This document shows, one piece after another, positions 16,497 through 49,907 of a DNA stretch of 64,000 nucleotides (positions are counted from its first letter, which is position 1; every line of letters starts with the position of its first letter). Source of the DNA: Macrostomum lignano (taxonomy: Eukaryota). The DNA lies in assembly GCA_002269645.1 (NCBI GenBank), contig NIVC01000567.1, positions 434,001 to 498,000 of the forward strand, given 5' to 3'. The notes beneath the pieces were generated by a model. It did no database searches and was not told where the DNA came from. It saw only the letters and a program-made list of their open reading frames with translations. Made by a program: the position numbers and the translations under genes.

Positions 16497-17456
16497 TTCA
16501 TGTGAAAACTGAGGGCTTGAATGCGCCCAAATTTCAAGTTGAGCAACAGCCTTCTGAAGTGTAAGTTACTTGACTCTGGTGGTTTGGCGAGAAATGAACA
16601 GGAACCCTTCCCAGCTCCCTTCCTTCTCAGACCCTTCCTTTCTCTCCCTTCATTCTCAGACCCTTCCCTTCTCTCCCTGCATTCTCAGACCCTTCCCTTC
16701 TCCCTTCATTCTCAGACCCTTCCCTTCTCTCCCTTCATTCTCAGACCTTTCCCTTCTGTCTTCAGCCTAATCTGTGACTAAACTTAAGTCCCACGCATGA
16801 CTAGAAAAGCCACTTTGAATGCAAGACAATCAGCACGCGAATTCCCTCGCTCTGATTAAACCAGGTCTCCGGCTCAGGCAGTAGAATTTGGTTCTTATCC
16901 AAGCCAAACTGAGTTGTCTTACGGGCGGTGGTTCAATGCGGAGTCTGTCGCTACGTCTGCATCACATCGTCACCGACCCTACAGCATCACCTCTTCATCA
17001 TCAACACTTACGACAGCCAGCAATGCAGCAAAGTCTTTAGTCGCTTCGTTGGCACAACCTGGTCAAGAATTACCGGCGCAGATGCACAGTCAGGCGCGGT
17101 CATGGGGTGCAGACGCTACTGAACACGACGAAGTCAGTCAACAGCCTGAGGATTTTAGTCAGCAGTTTGCGTACAATCCGTACCCGTGGTACCTGCCCAG
17201 CGTAAGTCATCAGCAGCAACTTGAGCAGCAGCAGCATGAGCAGCAGTACCCATACTACTACTATCAGCAGTATCAGCAGTATCAGCAGCACTCAGCTCAG
17301 TTCTACTATCCAAACTATTGCTTTCAACAGCAGCAGCAGCAGCAGACTACTCAGGAGCGTGAAACGCCTCAACCACAGGTTTTGCAATGCTCAACTCTGC
17401 TGCACAATGCCACAGATTCCAGCCCGTCCGGACTCAGCTTTGAGCAGGCTGAGTAG
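12816..17456 (+). CDS. T-box transcription factor (divergent; subfamily unresolved), ~504 aa with Gln-rich C-terminus
   Basis: Exons 12816-12989, 13657-13906, 15379-15582, 16266-16560 and 16865-17456 join in frame (1515 nt). T-box motifs: [73 protein letters not shown]. The start ATG is the least certain part. Confidence 0.9.
13045..13530. repeat. 20-bp minisatellite TTGGTGGGCGCCCCTGTCTC, T-box intron 1
   Basis: Tandem units preceded by CAGTTGCGCACTCAGGAATTTTAATTGG (13022), which resembles a MITE end. Confidence 0.93.
14011..15345. repeat. 20-bp minisatellite GTCACCTGTTAGACAGGAGT, T-box intron 2
   Basis: About 66 near-identical units. The core is the reverse complement of GTCTAACAGGT. Confidence 0.97.
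15661..16210. repeat. ~12-bp GATGAGATGTAG repeat, T-box intron 3
   Basis: Direct inspection. Confidence 0.92.
16601..16765. repeat. Pyrimidine-rich ~28-bp repeat (CATTCTCAGACCCTTCCCTTCTCTCCCTT), T-box intron 4
   Basis: Direct inspection. Confidence 0.85.
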
Positions 17457-18419
17457 ATTGAAACATTCGTACGCTGTGCAACTGCTTTGTGCGTGATGTG
17501 TTTTTTGTTAAAACAAAACAGAGTTGAAAATTTTAACCTAGATATTCTTGTAGCTTCATTTGTTTAAAAAATTCACTTGATTGCAAAAAACTGCAATGTT
17601 GCGATTCTGAAAGCGAAGTTCATTTTATAATATTTTAAAAAAATTGTTTTAAATAATATTGTATAAATTAAAGACAAATGACTTAATTGGGCATTTGTCA
17701 TCTTCAAATGATCTAAAATCAAAGTAAATATCTTATTTTCATCTAAGTGTTTTAAGATCTGTGTTTTCTACTAACAAATTAAGGACTATTGATCATCCAC
17801 TTTGTTTATTTTAACGAAAACCCCGATTTATTTTATTTTATTTATCAATTTGTTATACTTTGTGTCTGATTAATATCTGCGCATCCTAATATCTTTTATG
17901 CTGAATAATATTTCATGCCAGCCTTGATATTTCCGTTCTCTGGCTTATCTTCGAACTGAAAGTGCATTTTTATTATAATGCGCGGATTTCAAGGCGTCTG
18001 TTGTTTTAAGTTCAGGCTGTCATTTATTAGATTTTTCCTGTGCGTTTATCTATTTTACTAAAGCGATTCTGTTCCAGTATCTTAATATGATTTTAGCATT
18101 TGTTATTATCAAGAAAAGTATTTTTTTCATTCACACGTGTCACTTCTGGCACAAAAGCTTGCGAGTTGAAACCGGCACGTGTTGATCTGCAGTCCTTGGC
18201 GAAGTGTTCTAATAAATTTATCTTGCATTGCTCACGATTGCTCATGATCGAAAAAAATTATTTTATTTAAGATAAAGCAGTTATTTACTGTGTGAATTTT
18301 TTAACTACTACAAGTAGTAAAGCAGAAGTCCCAATTTGCAAAAATCGTTGCAAAATGCATCAGCAAAGAGATGACAATTTTTGTCATCAAAAGTTTGAAA
18401 AATAAGCTTTTGAAAAAGC

Positions 18420-18720
18420 CCCCGTCTCTTGGTGGGCGCCCCTGTCCCTTGGTGGGCGCGACAGTCTCTTGGTGTGGGTGCCCCTGTCTTATGGTGGCGC
18501 CCCTGTCTCTTGGTGGGCGCCTCTGTCTCTTGGTGGTCGCCCCTGTCTCTTGGTGGGCGCCCCTGTCTCTTGGTGGGCGCCCCTGTCTCTTGGTGGCGCC
18601 CCCGTCTCTTGGTGGGCGCCCCCGTCTCTTGGTTGGCGCACCCGTCTCTTGGTGGACAAACCCTGTCTCTTGGTGGGCGCCCCGGTCTCTTGGTGGGCGC
18701 CCGTGTCTCTTTTTAGGCGC
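18420..18720. repeat. 20-bp minisatellite TTGGTGGGCGCCCCTGTCTC (second copy of the family)
   Basis: Same unit as 13045-13530. Relics at ~19170-19240 and a MITE-like right end GCGTACGCCACCG at ~19331-19343. Confidence 0.92.
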
Positions 18721-19516
18721 TCCTGTCTTTTGTAGTATATGAGAGAGGCACACACAGCATAGTTGTTAATCCCTTTCATCACCCGAATGTAGTCAGTCAA
18801 ATTTTATGTAAAGAAATCTCAGCAATAATCTTCAAATATCCTAGCAGGTAGCTGCTTTATCGCGAGAGCATCTATCTATAGTAGAAGTACAACCTGCAAC
18901 AAATAAGATCAATTGCAACAAAAAATCCCAACAAAATTTGCAAGTCGTTTCGCATGAACGTGCCTGCCTCTTTTTTGTAAGTCAATTTTTTAACCGGCTT
19001 AGCACACTGATTGAGTGAGAGAGAGAGAGCTGTTCTGGAGCTGTGGTTGAGGTGCCTTCGTAGGCATGCTTGAGTGAACAGTGAAGTACAGGGGAGCTTA
19101 TATAACTTTGACAGGCGTATTGAAAGAATTTTTAACAAATACAAATCATACAGCGCACTGGCGTGTGCAGCGCCCCTGTCTCTTAGTCTTGGTGGGCGCC
19201 ACGTCCTAGAGGTGCAAAAGTTTGAGCCCCTGTCGCTCGTCGCTTTTGGTTACCCCTATCTGTAGTTTTCGGAGTACAATTTTTGTGGCGGCAATTAAGG
19301 GGGTGAACCGCCCCCTGCCCCCCCCCCTCAGCGTACGCCACCGTGTGTGGGTTTTCAATGGTGTCACATTTCTAAAAGTAATTAGCAATTCCGAATTTAA
19401 ACAGTAATTCTATAGGTATGAGTGACTGTTTTGCATTGAATGAATTTGCAATATGCGCCGCATTTTATTGGTACCAGGCAGTGACAGGGCCGTGTCGTGA
19501 TTACGAGCGTAAAAGC

Positions 19517-21808
19517 CACTTGATGCTGGCACCCCTTGGTGCTGGCGCCCCTTGGTGCTGGCGCCCCTTGGTGCTGGCGCCCCTTGGTGCTGGCGCCCCT
19601 TGGTGCTGGCGCCCCTTGGTGCTGGCGCCCCTTGGTGCTGGCGCCCCTTGGTGCTGGCGCCCCTTGGTGCTGGCGCCCCTTGGTGCTGGCGCCCCTTGGT
19701 GCTGGCGCCCCTTGGTGCTGGCGCCCCTTGGTGCTGGCGCCCCTTGGTGCTGGCGCCCCTTGGTGCTGGCGCCCCTTGGTGCTGGCGCCCCTTGGTGCTG
19801 GCGCCCCTTGGTGCTGGCGCCCCTTGGTGCTGGCGCCCCTTGGTGCTGGCGCCCCTTGGTGCTGGCGCCCCTTGGTGCTGGCGCCCCTTGGTGCTGGCGC
19901 CCCTTGGTGCTGGCGCCCCTTGGTGCTGGCGCCCCTTGGTGCTGGCGCCCCTTGGTGCTGGCGCCCCTTGGTGCTGGCGCCCCTTGGTGCTGGCGCCCCT
20001 TGGTGCTGGCGCCCCTTGGTGCTGGCGCCCCTTGGTGCTGGCGCCCCTTGGTGCTGGCGCCCCTTGGTGCTGGCGCCCCTTGGTGCTGGCGCCCCTTGGT
20101 GCTGGCCCCCTTGGTGCTAAAGCCCCTTGGTGCTGCGCCCCTTGGTGCTGGCGCCCCTTGGTGCTGGCGCCCCTTGGTGCTGGCGCCCCTTGGTGCTAAA
20201 GCCCCTTGGTGCTAAAGCCCCTTGGTGCTAAAGCCCCTTGGTGCTAAAGCCCCTTGGTGCTGGCGCCCCTTGGTGCTAAAGCCCCTTGGTGCTAAAGCCC
20301 CTTGGTGCTAAAGCCCCTTGGTGCTAAAGCCCCTTGGTGCTAAAGCCCCTTGGTGCTAAAGCCCCTTGGTGCTAAAGCCCCTTGGTGCTAAAGCCCCTTG
20401 GTGCTAAAGCCCCTTGGTGCTAAAGCCCCTTGGTGCTAAAGCCCCTTGGTGCTAAAGCCCCTTGGTGCTAAAGCCCCTTGGTGCTAAAGCCCCTTGGTGC
20501 TAAAGCCCCTTGGTGCTAAAGCCCCTTGGTGCTAAAGCCCCTTGGTGCTAAAGCCCCTTGGTGCTGGCGCCCCTTGGTGCTAAAGCCCCTTGGTGCTAAA
20601 GCCCCTTGGTGCTAAAGCCCCTTGGTGCTAAAGCCCCTTGGTGCTAAAGCCCCTTGGTGCTAAAGCCCCTTGGTGCTAAAGCCCCTTGGTGCTGGCGCCC
20701 CTTGGTGCTAAAGCCCCTTGGTGCTAAAGCCCCTTGGTGCTAAAGCCCCTTGGTGCTAAAGCCCCTTGGTGCTGGCGCCCCTTGGTGCTGGCGCCCTTGG
20801 TGCTGGCGCCCCTTGGTGCTAAAGCCCCTTGGTGCTAAAGCCCCTTGGTGCTAAAGCCCCTTGGTGCTAAAGCCCCTTGGTGCTAAAGCCCCTTGGTGCT
20901 AAAGCCCCTTGGTGCTAAAGCCCCTTGGTGCTAAAGCCCCTTGGTGCTAAAGCCCCTTGGTGCTAAAGCCCCTTGGTGCTAAAGCCCCTTGGTGCTAAAG
21001 CCCCTTGGTGCTAAAGCCCCTTGGTGCTAAAGCCCCTTGGTGCTGGCGCCCCTTGGTGCTAAAGCCCCTTGGTGCTGGCGCCCCTTGGTGCTAAAGCCCC
21101 TTGGTGCTAAAGCCCCTTGGTGCTGGCGCCCCTTGGTGCTGGCGCCCCTTGGTGCTAAAGCCCCTTGGTGCTAAAGCCCCTTGGTGCTAAAGCCCCTTGG
21201 TGATAAAAAGCCCCTTGGTGCTAAAGCCCCTTGGTGCTAAAGCCCCTTGGTGCTAAAGCCCCTTGGTGCTAAAGCCCCTTGGTGCTAAAGCCCCTTGGTG
21301 CTAAAGCCCCTTGGTGCTAAAGCCCCTTGGTGCTAAAGCCCCTTGGTGCTAAAGCCCCTTGGTGCTAAAGCCCCTTGGTGCTAAAGCCCCTTGGTGCTAA
21401 AGCCCCTTGGTGCTAAAGCCCCTTGGTGCTAAAGCCCCTTGGTGCTTGGCGCCCCTTGGTGCTAAAGCCCCTTGGTGCTAAAGCCCCTTGGTGCTAAAGC
21501 CCCTTGGTGCTAAAGCCCCTTGGTGCTAAAGCCCCTTGGTGCTGGCGCCCCTTGGTGCTAAAGCCCCTTGGTGCTAAAGCCCCTTGGTGCTAAAGCCCCT
21601 TGGTGCTAAAGCCCCTTGGTGCTAAAGCCCCTTGGTGCTAAAGCCCCTTGGTGCTGGCGCCCCTTGGTGCTAAAGCCCCTTGGTGCTAAAGCCCCTTGGT
21701 GCTAAAGCCCCTTGGTGCTAAAGCCCCTTGGTGCTTGGCGCCCCTTGGTGCTAAAGCCCCTTGGTGCTAAAGCCCCTTGGTGCTAAAGCCCCTTGGTGCT
21801 AAAGCCCC
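19517..21808. repeat. 16-bp minisatellite TTGGTGCTGGCGCCCC switching to TTGGTGCTAAAGCCCC
   Basis: About 140 units. GGC variant to ~20100, AAA variant dominant after ~20200. Confidence 0.97.
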
Positions 21809-23205
21809 AAATTATTCAAACTGTTTGTTTTGTTTTGCTACCGTTTGTCTGTTTGTTACTGCTAGCAACGAATGGCCGCAGTTTCGGTGGTATACCTGAA
21901 TTGAATTATGCTTTACAAGTAAGCGGGTTTAGCGAGCTCTTGAAGACCCATTAAGCGCAGCTACACTTTACAATGTTTTGCTTTCTAAGAAGCCGCAACG
22001 CCACTTAAGTCAATGAATCAGTCAGTGGTCAGCAATTCTATAAGGCTGCTTGAGTGGACCAATATGTGGCTACATTTGTAACAGAAATTGAAAGAAGAAA
22101 TTAAGCAAAGGAGAGAGACACGCACACACACTTTGCATTGGCCAAGAAAATGCCAGAAAAAATCTCTATTTTTGGCCTCATAGTAACGACTTCCATGCAG
22201 GTGAAACGTTCTTCTCCAAAACTTGCACAGCCGGTAGCTCTACAGTTAATTAGAGTCGAGCTTAAACAGAATGCTCAACCCAATGCCAAGTAGGCAGTCG
22301 AATGTTGCAAATTCTGATTTGAACGTCATCTCCGAGACTGGTCAGCATGGCTCTGTAGATTTTGGTAAGGTTCTTTGAAAATTGCAAAACATTTGTCCAT
22401 TCGGAAGTCTAGGATGCAAAAGATCTGTGGTTGTATCAGACCTCAATGCCCCAGTCTGCCAAGATATTAATCTGGGGGTTCGCGATGCAGATTTGCTAAA
22501 GACAAACATATCCATCCCCCACCCGAAAGGAAGGGATTAATCAAGGCAGAAGCAGAAGCGCACAAAAAAGAAGAGTCTGAAAGCCCCGCCCATATTGTCT
22601 GCTTTTAGTTTTTATCATAGTACATATTTACTAGCTTATATGGCTCGAAACCACAGCCACACAAAAAGGAGATTTGGACTTTTTACACCAGGATCTCAGT
22701 CAGACAGGATGGGGAATCGACAAATATTGGCTGACGAACTTGACTTGACTTCGCGTTCGGCCTGTGGGGGGAGACACACGTACAGGGCTATCAATATTGT
22801 CGCTAGCTATAACTATAAAAAGGAACAACTTTTAGTAGGGGTGGATTGGAAGACATGTTTTGTGGGGGTGGAGAATATATTATTGGCAAACTCAGTCGAG
22901 CTGCGCCCCTGAGGCATGGATGAGATGAGGTGGTGGGGATCGAGAGGAGCTGCCTCAATCTTGATTCTACTGGCTAGCGAAGCAGCTTGCAGCCTCCCTC
23001 CCTCCAGTTGAGCTGCATTCATAAACGAGTCTGGGCGGGGCCTCTCTCTCTCTCCCCCCTCTCTCCCTCATACTGCCATGCAGCCGGGGAAAAATCTAAT
23101 TTCAATCGGATACATCAACCCTGCACGCGCACACTTTGATGCCCAGTAAAGATATAATTCTAATAGAAACTAAATAGAAACAGATTTCTCTCATTATTTG
23201 CACAG

Positions 23206-29322
<6,117 letters not shown>

Positions 29323-29628
29323 CTGCGTTGGTTAAAACCGTAACAGTCAGCTTATTGTATTATCGTTAAAAAGAATAACGATTATTTGTCTTGTCACACA
29401 AGCATTTTGTTTAACATTATAATTCAAACCTAAAAACTACATAATTATTTTGCTTTGCTAGAGTACATCTTAGACGTAAGTCCATGCTTCATCTAATCAA
29501 GACTTACGATTATCTTATCACGAGTATTTTCCAGCACTAATCAGTAAATTGTAGGTTTTTTCTATCCAAAGGTACGTACACTTCTGCGTGAATCAATAAC
29601 CCGTTTACAACAGCCCATATTGTCTTGT

Positions 29629-30246
29629 CCCAAAACGACCACCACCTCATTTAGGACCCGCAAAACGACCGCCACCTGTTTCCAGAGCCCCCAAAACGAC
29701 CACCACCTCATTTAGGACCCGCAAAACGACCGCCACCTGATTCCAGAGCCCCCAAAACGACCACCACCTCATTTAGGACCCGCAAAACGACCGCCACCTG
29801 ATTCCAGAGCCCCCAAAACGACCACCACCTCATTTAGGACCCGCAAAACGACCGCCACCTGATTCCAGAGCCCCCAAAACGACCACCACCTCATTTAGGA
29901 CCCGCAAAACGACCGCCACCTGATTCCAGAGCCCCCAAAACGACCACCACCTCATTTAGGACCCGCAAAACGACCGCCACCTGATTCCAGAGCCCCCAAA
30001 ACGACCACCACCTCATTTAGGACCCGCAAAACGACCGCCACCTGATTCCAGACCCCTAAAACGACCGCCACCTCATTTCAGAGCCCCAAAACGACCACCA
30101 CCTCATTCCAGACCCCCCCAAAACGACCATCTCCTCATTTCAGACCCCAAAAACGACCGCCACCTCATTTCAGAGCCCCAAAACGACCACCACCTCATTT
30201 CAGACCCCAAAAACGACCGCCACCTCATTTCAGAGCCCCAAACGAT
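29629..30246. repeat. ~30/31-bp dimeric minisatellite (AAAACGACC(A/G)CCACCT core)
   Basis: Alternating units give a ~61-bp period. Confidence 0.94.
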
Positions 30247-31108
30247 CATTTGCCGCATTCTTTACGTCCCTAAAAGCAGATGGCAATAGTATAATCTTTT
30301 AATTCCGTCAGCTTTCGAAAATCTTCATATTTTCCACTTTTTTCCAGCAAGTCTTTCCTAATGCAGAGATACTAGAATAATTTAGTAGCAACAAATGATT
30401 CACAGTTAAGTTTGTAAACTTTGGAACAATAGTTATTCATAGCCAAGGTTTGGTTAACAAAAACGTAGCATAATGTGCATACAGTATATTTTTGCTTTCC
30501 GTGTACTAATAATTTATAAAACTATTCGACATTCTCACGCGGAAATTCTCGTACGATGCTGACAAATAAAAAAGCAATATTTGATATTATAAATTTTAAA
30601 CGTATGCAAACGTTTTTTTTGTGAGATTCTAAGAAATCCTGCGATTTAAAAAAATTATGTCTTTAAAACACATTTTCGGAACAGTCGTTTAACTAAATGG
30701 TTGTAAAATTATTTATTTCTTCAGTTAGGATTCAGAGACAGACTATGATAGTGAATAAGTAAAAAATCTCTCAAAACTCGTATCTTATTATATTTATATT
30801 TATATCAATGGTAATATTTTAACCGAAATTCGGTACAAATCTCGAAAAAATTCTCGAGACAGAAAAGCAATACAATCCAAGAAGGCACAAGTGGAAAAAT
30901 ATTCAGCAATTTAGGAAACAATCTATCGTTTAAAACACCGTAATTTTTACATCAATTCTAGTGATTAAAAAAACTGTATTGAACACAGATAATATCCGCG
31001 ACTCTGAAATCTGTGGGAGAGCTTTTGCACTTGCCAAACTGATAGCGAATTTTTGCAGAAATTCCAAAGTAAAAGAAAGAGTTAGGAACATTCGCGCTTA
31101 CAGAAAAT

Positions 31109-33131
31109 ATACTCTAGAGTGGCGCCATCCACAGGGAGCGATTCTAGAGTGGCGCCATCGGTAAGAGGGAGCGATTCTAGAGTGGCGCCATCGGTAAGAG
31201 GGAGCGATTCTAGAGTAACGTCATCGATTGGGGGCAATTCTAGAGTGACGTCATCGATTGGGGGCGATTCTAGAGTGACGTCATCGATTGGGGGCGATTC
31301 TAGAGTAACGTCATCGATTGGGGGCGATTCTAGAGTAACGTCATCGATTGGGGGCAATTCAAGAGTAACGTCATCGATTGAGGGCGATTCTAGAGTAACG
31401 TCATCGATTGGGGGCGATTCTACAGTGACGTCATCGATTGGGGTCGATTCTAGAGTGATTTCATCGATTGGGGGCGATTCTAGAGTAACGTCATCGATTG
31501 GGGCGAGGGCGATTCTAGAGTGACGTCATCGATTGGGGGCGATTCTACAGTGACGTCATCAATTGAGGGCGATTCTACAGTGACGTCATCAATTGAGGGC
31601 GATTCTACAGTGACGTCATCGATTGGGGGCAATTCTAGAGTAACGTCATCGATTGAGGGCGATTCTACAGTGACGTCATCGATTGGGGGCGATTCTAGAG
31701 TAACGTCATCGACTAAGGGCGATTCTAGAGCGACGTCATTGATTGGGGGGCGATTCTAGAGTGACGTCATCGATTGGGGGCGATTCTAGAGTGGCGTCAT
31801 CGATTGGGGGCGATTCTAGAGTGGCGTCATCGATTGGGGGCGATTCTAGAGTGACGTCATTAATTGGAGGCGATTCTAGAGTGACGTCATCGATTAAGGG
31901 CGATTCTAGAGTGACGTCATTGATTAGGGGCGATTCTAGAGTGACGTCATCGATTGGGGGAGGCGATTCTAGAGTGACGTCATCGATTAGGGGCGATTCT
32001 AGAGTGGCGTCATCGATTGGGGGCGATTCTAGAGTGACGTCATCGATTAGGGGCGATTCTAGAGTGGCGCCATTAATTGGAGGCGATTATAGAGTGACGT
32101 CATCGATTGGGGGCGATTCTAGAGTGACGTCATCGATTGGGGGCGATTCTAGAGTGACGTCATCGATTGGGGGCGATTCTAGAGTGACGTCATCGATTGG
32201 GGCGATTCTAGAGTAACGTCATCGATTAAGGGCGATTCTAGAGTGACGTCATTGATTAGGGGCGATTCTAGAGTGACGTCATCGATTGGGGGAGGCGATT
32301 CTAGAGTGACGTCATCGATTGGGGGAGGCGATTCTAGAGTGGCGTCATCGATTGGGGGCGATTCTAGAGTGACGTCATCGATTGGGGGCGATTCTAGAGT
32401 GACGTCATCGATTTGGGGCGATTCTAGAGTAACGTCATCGATTGGGGGCGATTCTAGAGTAACGTCATCGATTGGGGGCAATTCTAGAGTAACGTCATCG
32501 ATTGAGGGCGATTCTAGAGTGACGTCATCGATTGGGGGCGATTCTACAGTGACGTCATCGATTGGGGTCGATTCTAGAGTGATTTCATCGATTGGGGGCG
32601 ATTCTAGAGTAACGTCATCGATTGGGGCGAGGGCGATTCTAGAGTGACGTCATCGATTTGGGGCGATTCTACAGTGACGTCATCAATTGAGGGCGATTCT
32701 ACAGTGACGTCATCAATTGAGGGCGATTCTACAGTGACGTCATCGATTGGGGGCAATTCTAGAGTGGCGTCATCGATTGGGGGCGATTCTAGAGTGACGT
32801 CATCGATTGGGGCGATTCTAGAGTGGCGCCATTAATTGGAGGCGATTCTAGAGTGACGTCATCGATTGGGGGCGATTCTAGAGTGACGTCATCGATTGGG
32901 GGAGGCGATTCTAGAGTGGCGTCATCGATTGGGGGCGATTCTAGAGTGGCGTCATCGATTGGGGGCGATTCTAGAGTGACGTCATCGATCGGGGGCGATT
33001 CTAGAGTGACGTCATCGATTGGGGCGATTCTAGAGTGGCGCCATTAATTGGAGGCGATTCTAGAGTGACGTCATCGATTAGGGGCGATTCTAGAGTGACG
33101 TCATCGATTGGGGGAGGCGATTCTAGAGTAT
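31109..33131. repeat. 30-bp palindrome-rich minisatellite GGCGATTCTAGAGTGACGTCATCGATTGGG
   Basis: About 67 units, typically containing TCTAGA, TGACGTCA and ATCGAT. Block duplication with ~1124-bp offset (31523/32647). Confidence 0.97.
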
Positions 33132-33240
33132 CTAAAGGCTTACTGTTTAACCAATAGAGGAATGCAGCTTGTACATGTATTTATATTTGTTAATTCGTTG
33201 TCAATAAAAACGGAGGAACGAGATGACGACAAACTGCCTG

Positions 33241-48375
<15,135 letters not shown>

Positions 48376-49907
48376 CGTAATTTTACTGACAGATTTTTTG
48401 GCTGAAAAAGTAATAAGCGATGTTCTTGAAGCATTGATGGTGATCATGCAGCGATTAACTAATGCTTGTCTTAGAAAAAAGTCATGTAATGACTGACTGA
48501 TGTCGTTATATGTAGAGTTATAATCTTATTATGAAAAGAAGTAACACTCTACGTTATGTAGTCGAGAGTCGAGACTTAGAGATTAGTCTACGAAATAAAC
48601 GTTTCGTACAATGTCAGATAATTAGTACATTTGTTTGTAAAGACAAAAAACTTTTAAACTTACCACAAAGTGTATTTATTGCTTCTACCAACAAAACTAT
48701 ACTTGACCCGAGCTCATAAAAGTTATTTTACTGAGCACTATAATGATAAACCTGTGTCAAATCATATGACCATATAGTCATAAAATATTCTGAAACGTAG
48801 AGACTAAATTCGTGCATCAACCTTTTTAGCATTTGTGTTAAATTTTGCTGTAATTGTACAATAAAACAGTTAAAATTTCTTAAAGTTTTAAAATAAGTTA
48901 TATAAAAAGATTAATTTTACTGAAAAACATCGTCAACAAAATTTTGTTTCTCTGCGTCAGTTTTCATTTTGAGTCAGTAGCAATTTTAAACGCGGTCTTT
49001 TGGACCCATTTTTAGAAAGTCTACCAACTGAATGAGAGCTTATTCATTCGGCACCGGCGTGCTGGATATTCTATAGGAAGTAGAAAATGTATTTTTCGCC
49101 TAGTTATTTTGCTTTAGAAATTGTAAAAGCTCTCAATATGCGCTATTTTCATCAAAATCATAGCCTCGATTCAGCTAATTTTGATCTAATCATGTCCATT
49201 CCATACCGAACACTTCAATGAACACTTCACAGAAATTTTCTAAAATTGTTACTTAAAACAGTTTTTGGGGGGTTAGATAACCGCTTACTTGTATTTCATG
49301 CAATAATGCGAGAAATGTATATAAATGAAACAATTATCTTTCTGATTGTAACTTGTAACTTGTAAGTATTGTGTTCAAGTAAAAGTATTGCCTTCTTGAG
49401 GCAATTTATTTAAATGCTACTTTCCTAACTTTCGTTGGTTTATATTATCATGTCTTTAGCTAAGGCTAAAAAATCACATGCACATATTTTTTCTAAAGTT
49501 GAAGAAACGCAAGTTATATATGAATTTTTAGTTTATCATCAATATCTAAGTATTTTGAAAATATCACCTGTGTGAAAAGAAACATATCTTTTAATTGTTG
49601 CAATTTTTACTTTCAAAACTTTTAGATACTTTATTGCATGTCAACTACTACGATTTTGATTTAATTAAGTTTACTGGACCTTGTGAAGCTGTGATATATA
49701 GAAAGCCACAATTTTCTCTTACACAAATGAATTACATAATAATTTGTGTCTATAATTTGAATATAATTTGAAATCCTAATTGGCTAGATTGAAAATTTTA
49801 TAGAAAAAACGAACTATTAACATTTAAACTAGAGAGGATCTATATATTTTTTCTGAAATAAAAATTAAATCATCCATTTTATTGCATGTAGAAAATATCC
49901 GACACTC

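Noticed and set aside
13022-19343. One large transposon capturing most of the T-box gene between the MITE-like ends at 13022 and 19343
   Set aside because: The ends match only ~10/15 and there is no target-site duplication (CTCCCTAC versus TGTGTGGG). Separate relics are more likely.
23078-23149. ATG-initiated mini-exon as first exon of the orphan gene
   Set aside because: It ends in TAA, and its only candidate donor (CA|GTAAAG) is phase 2, whereas the 23206/23209 acceptors need phase 1.
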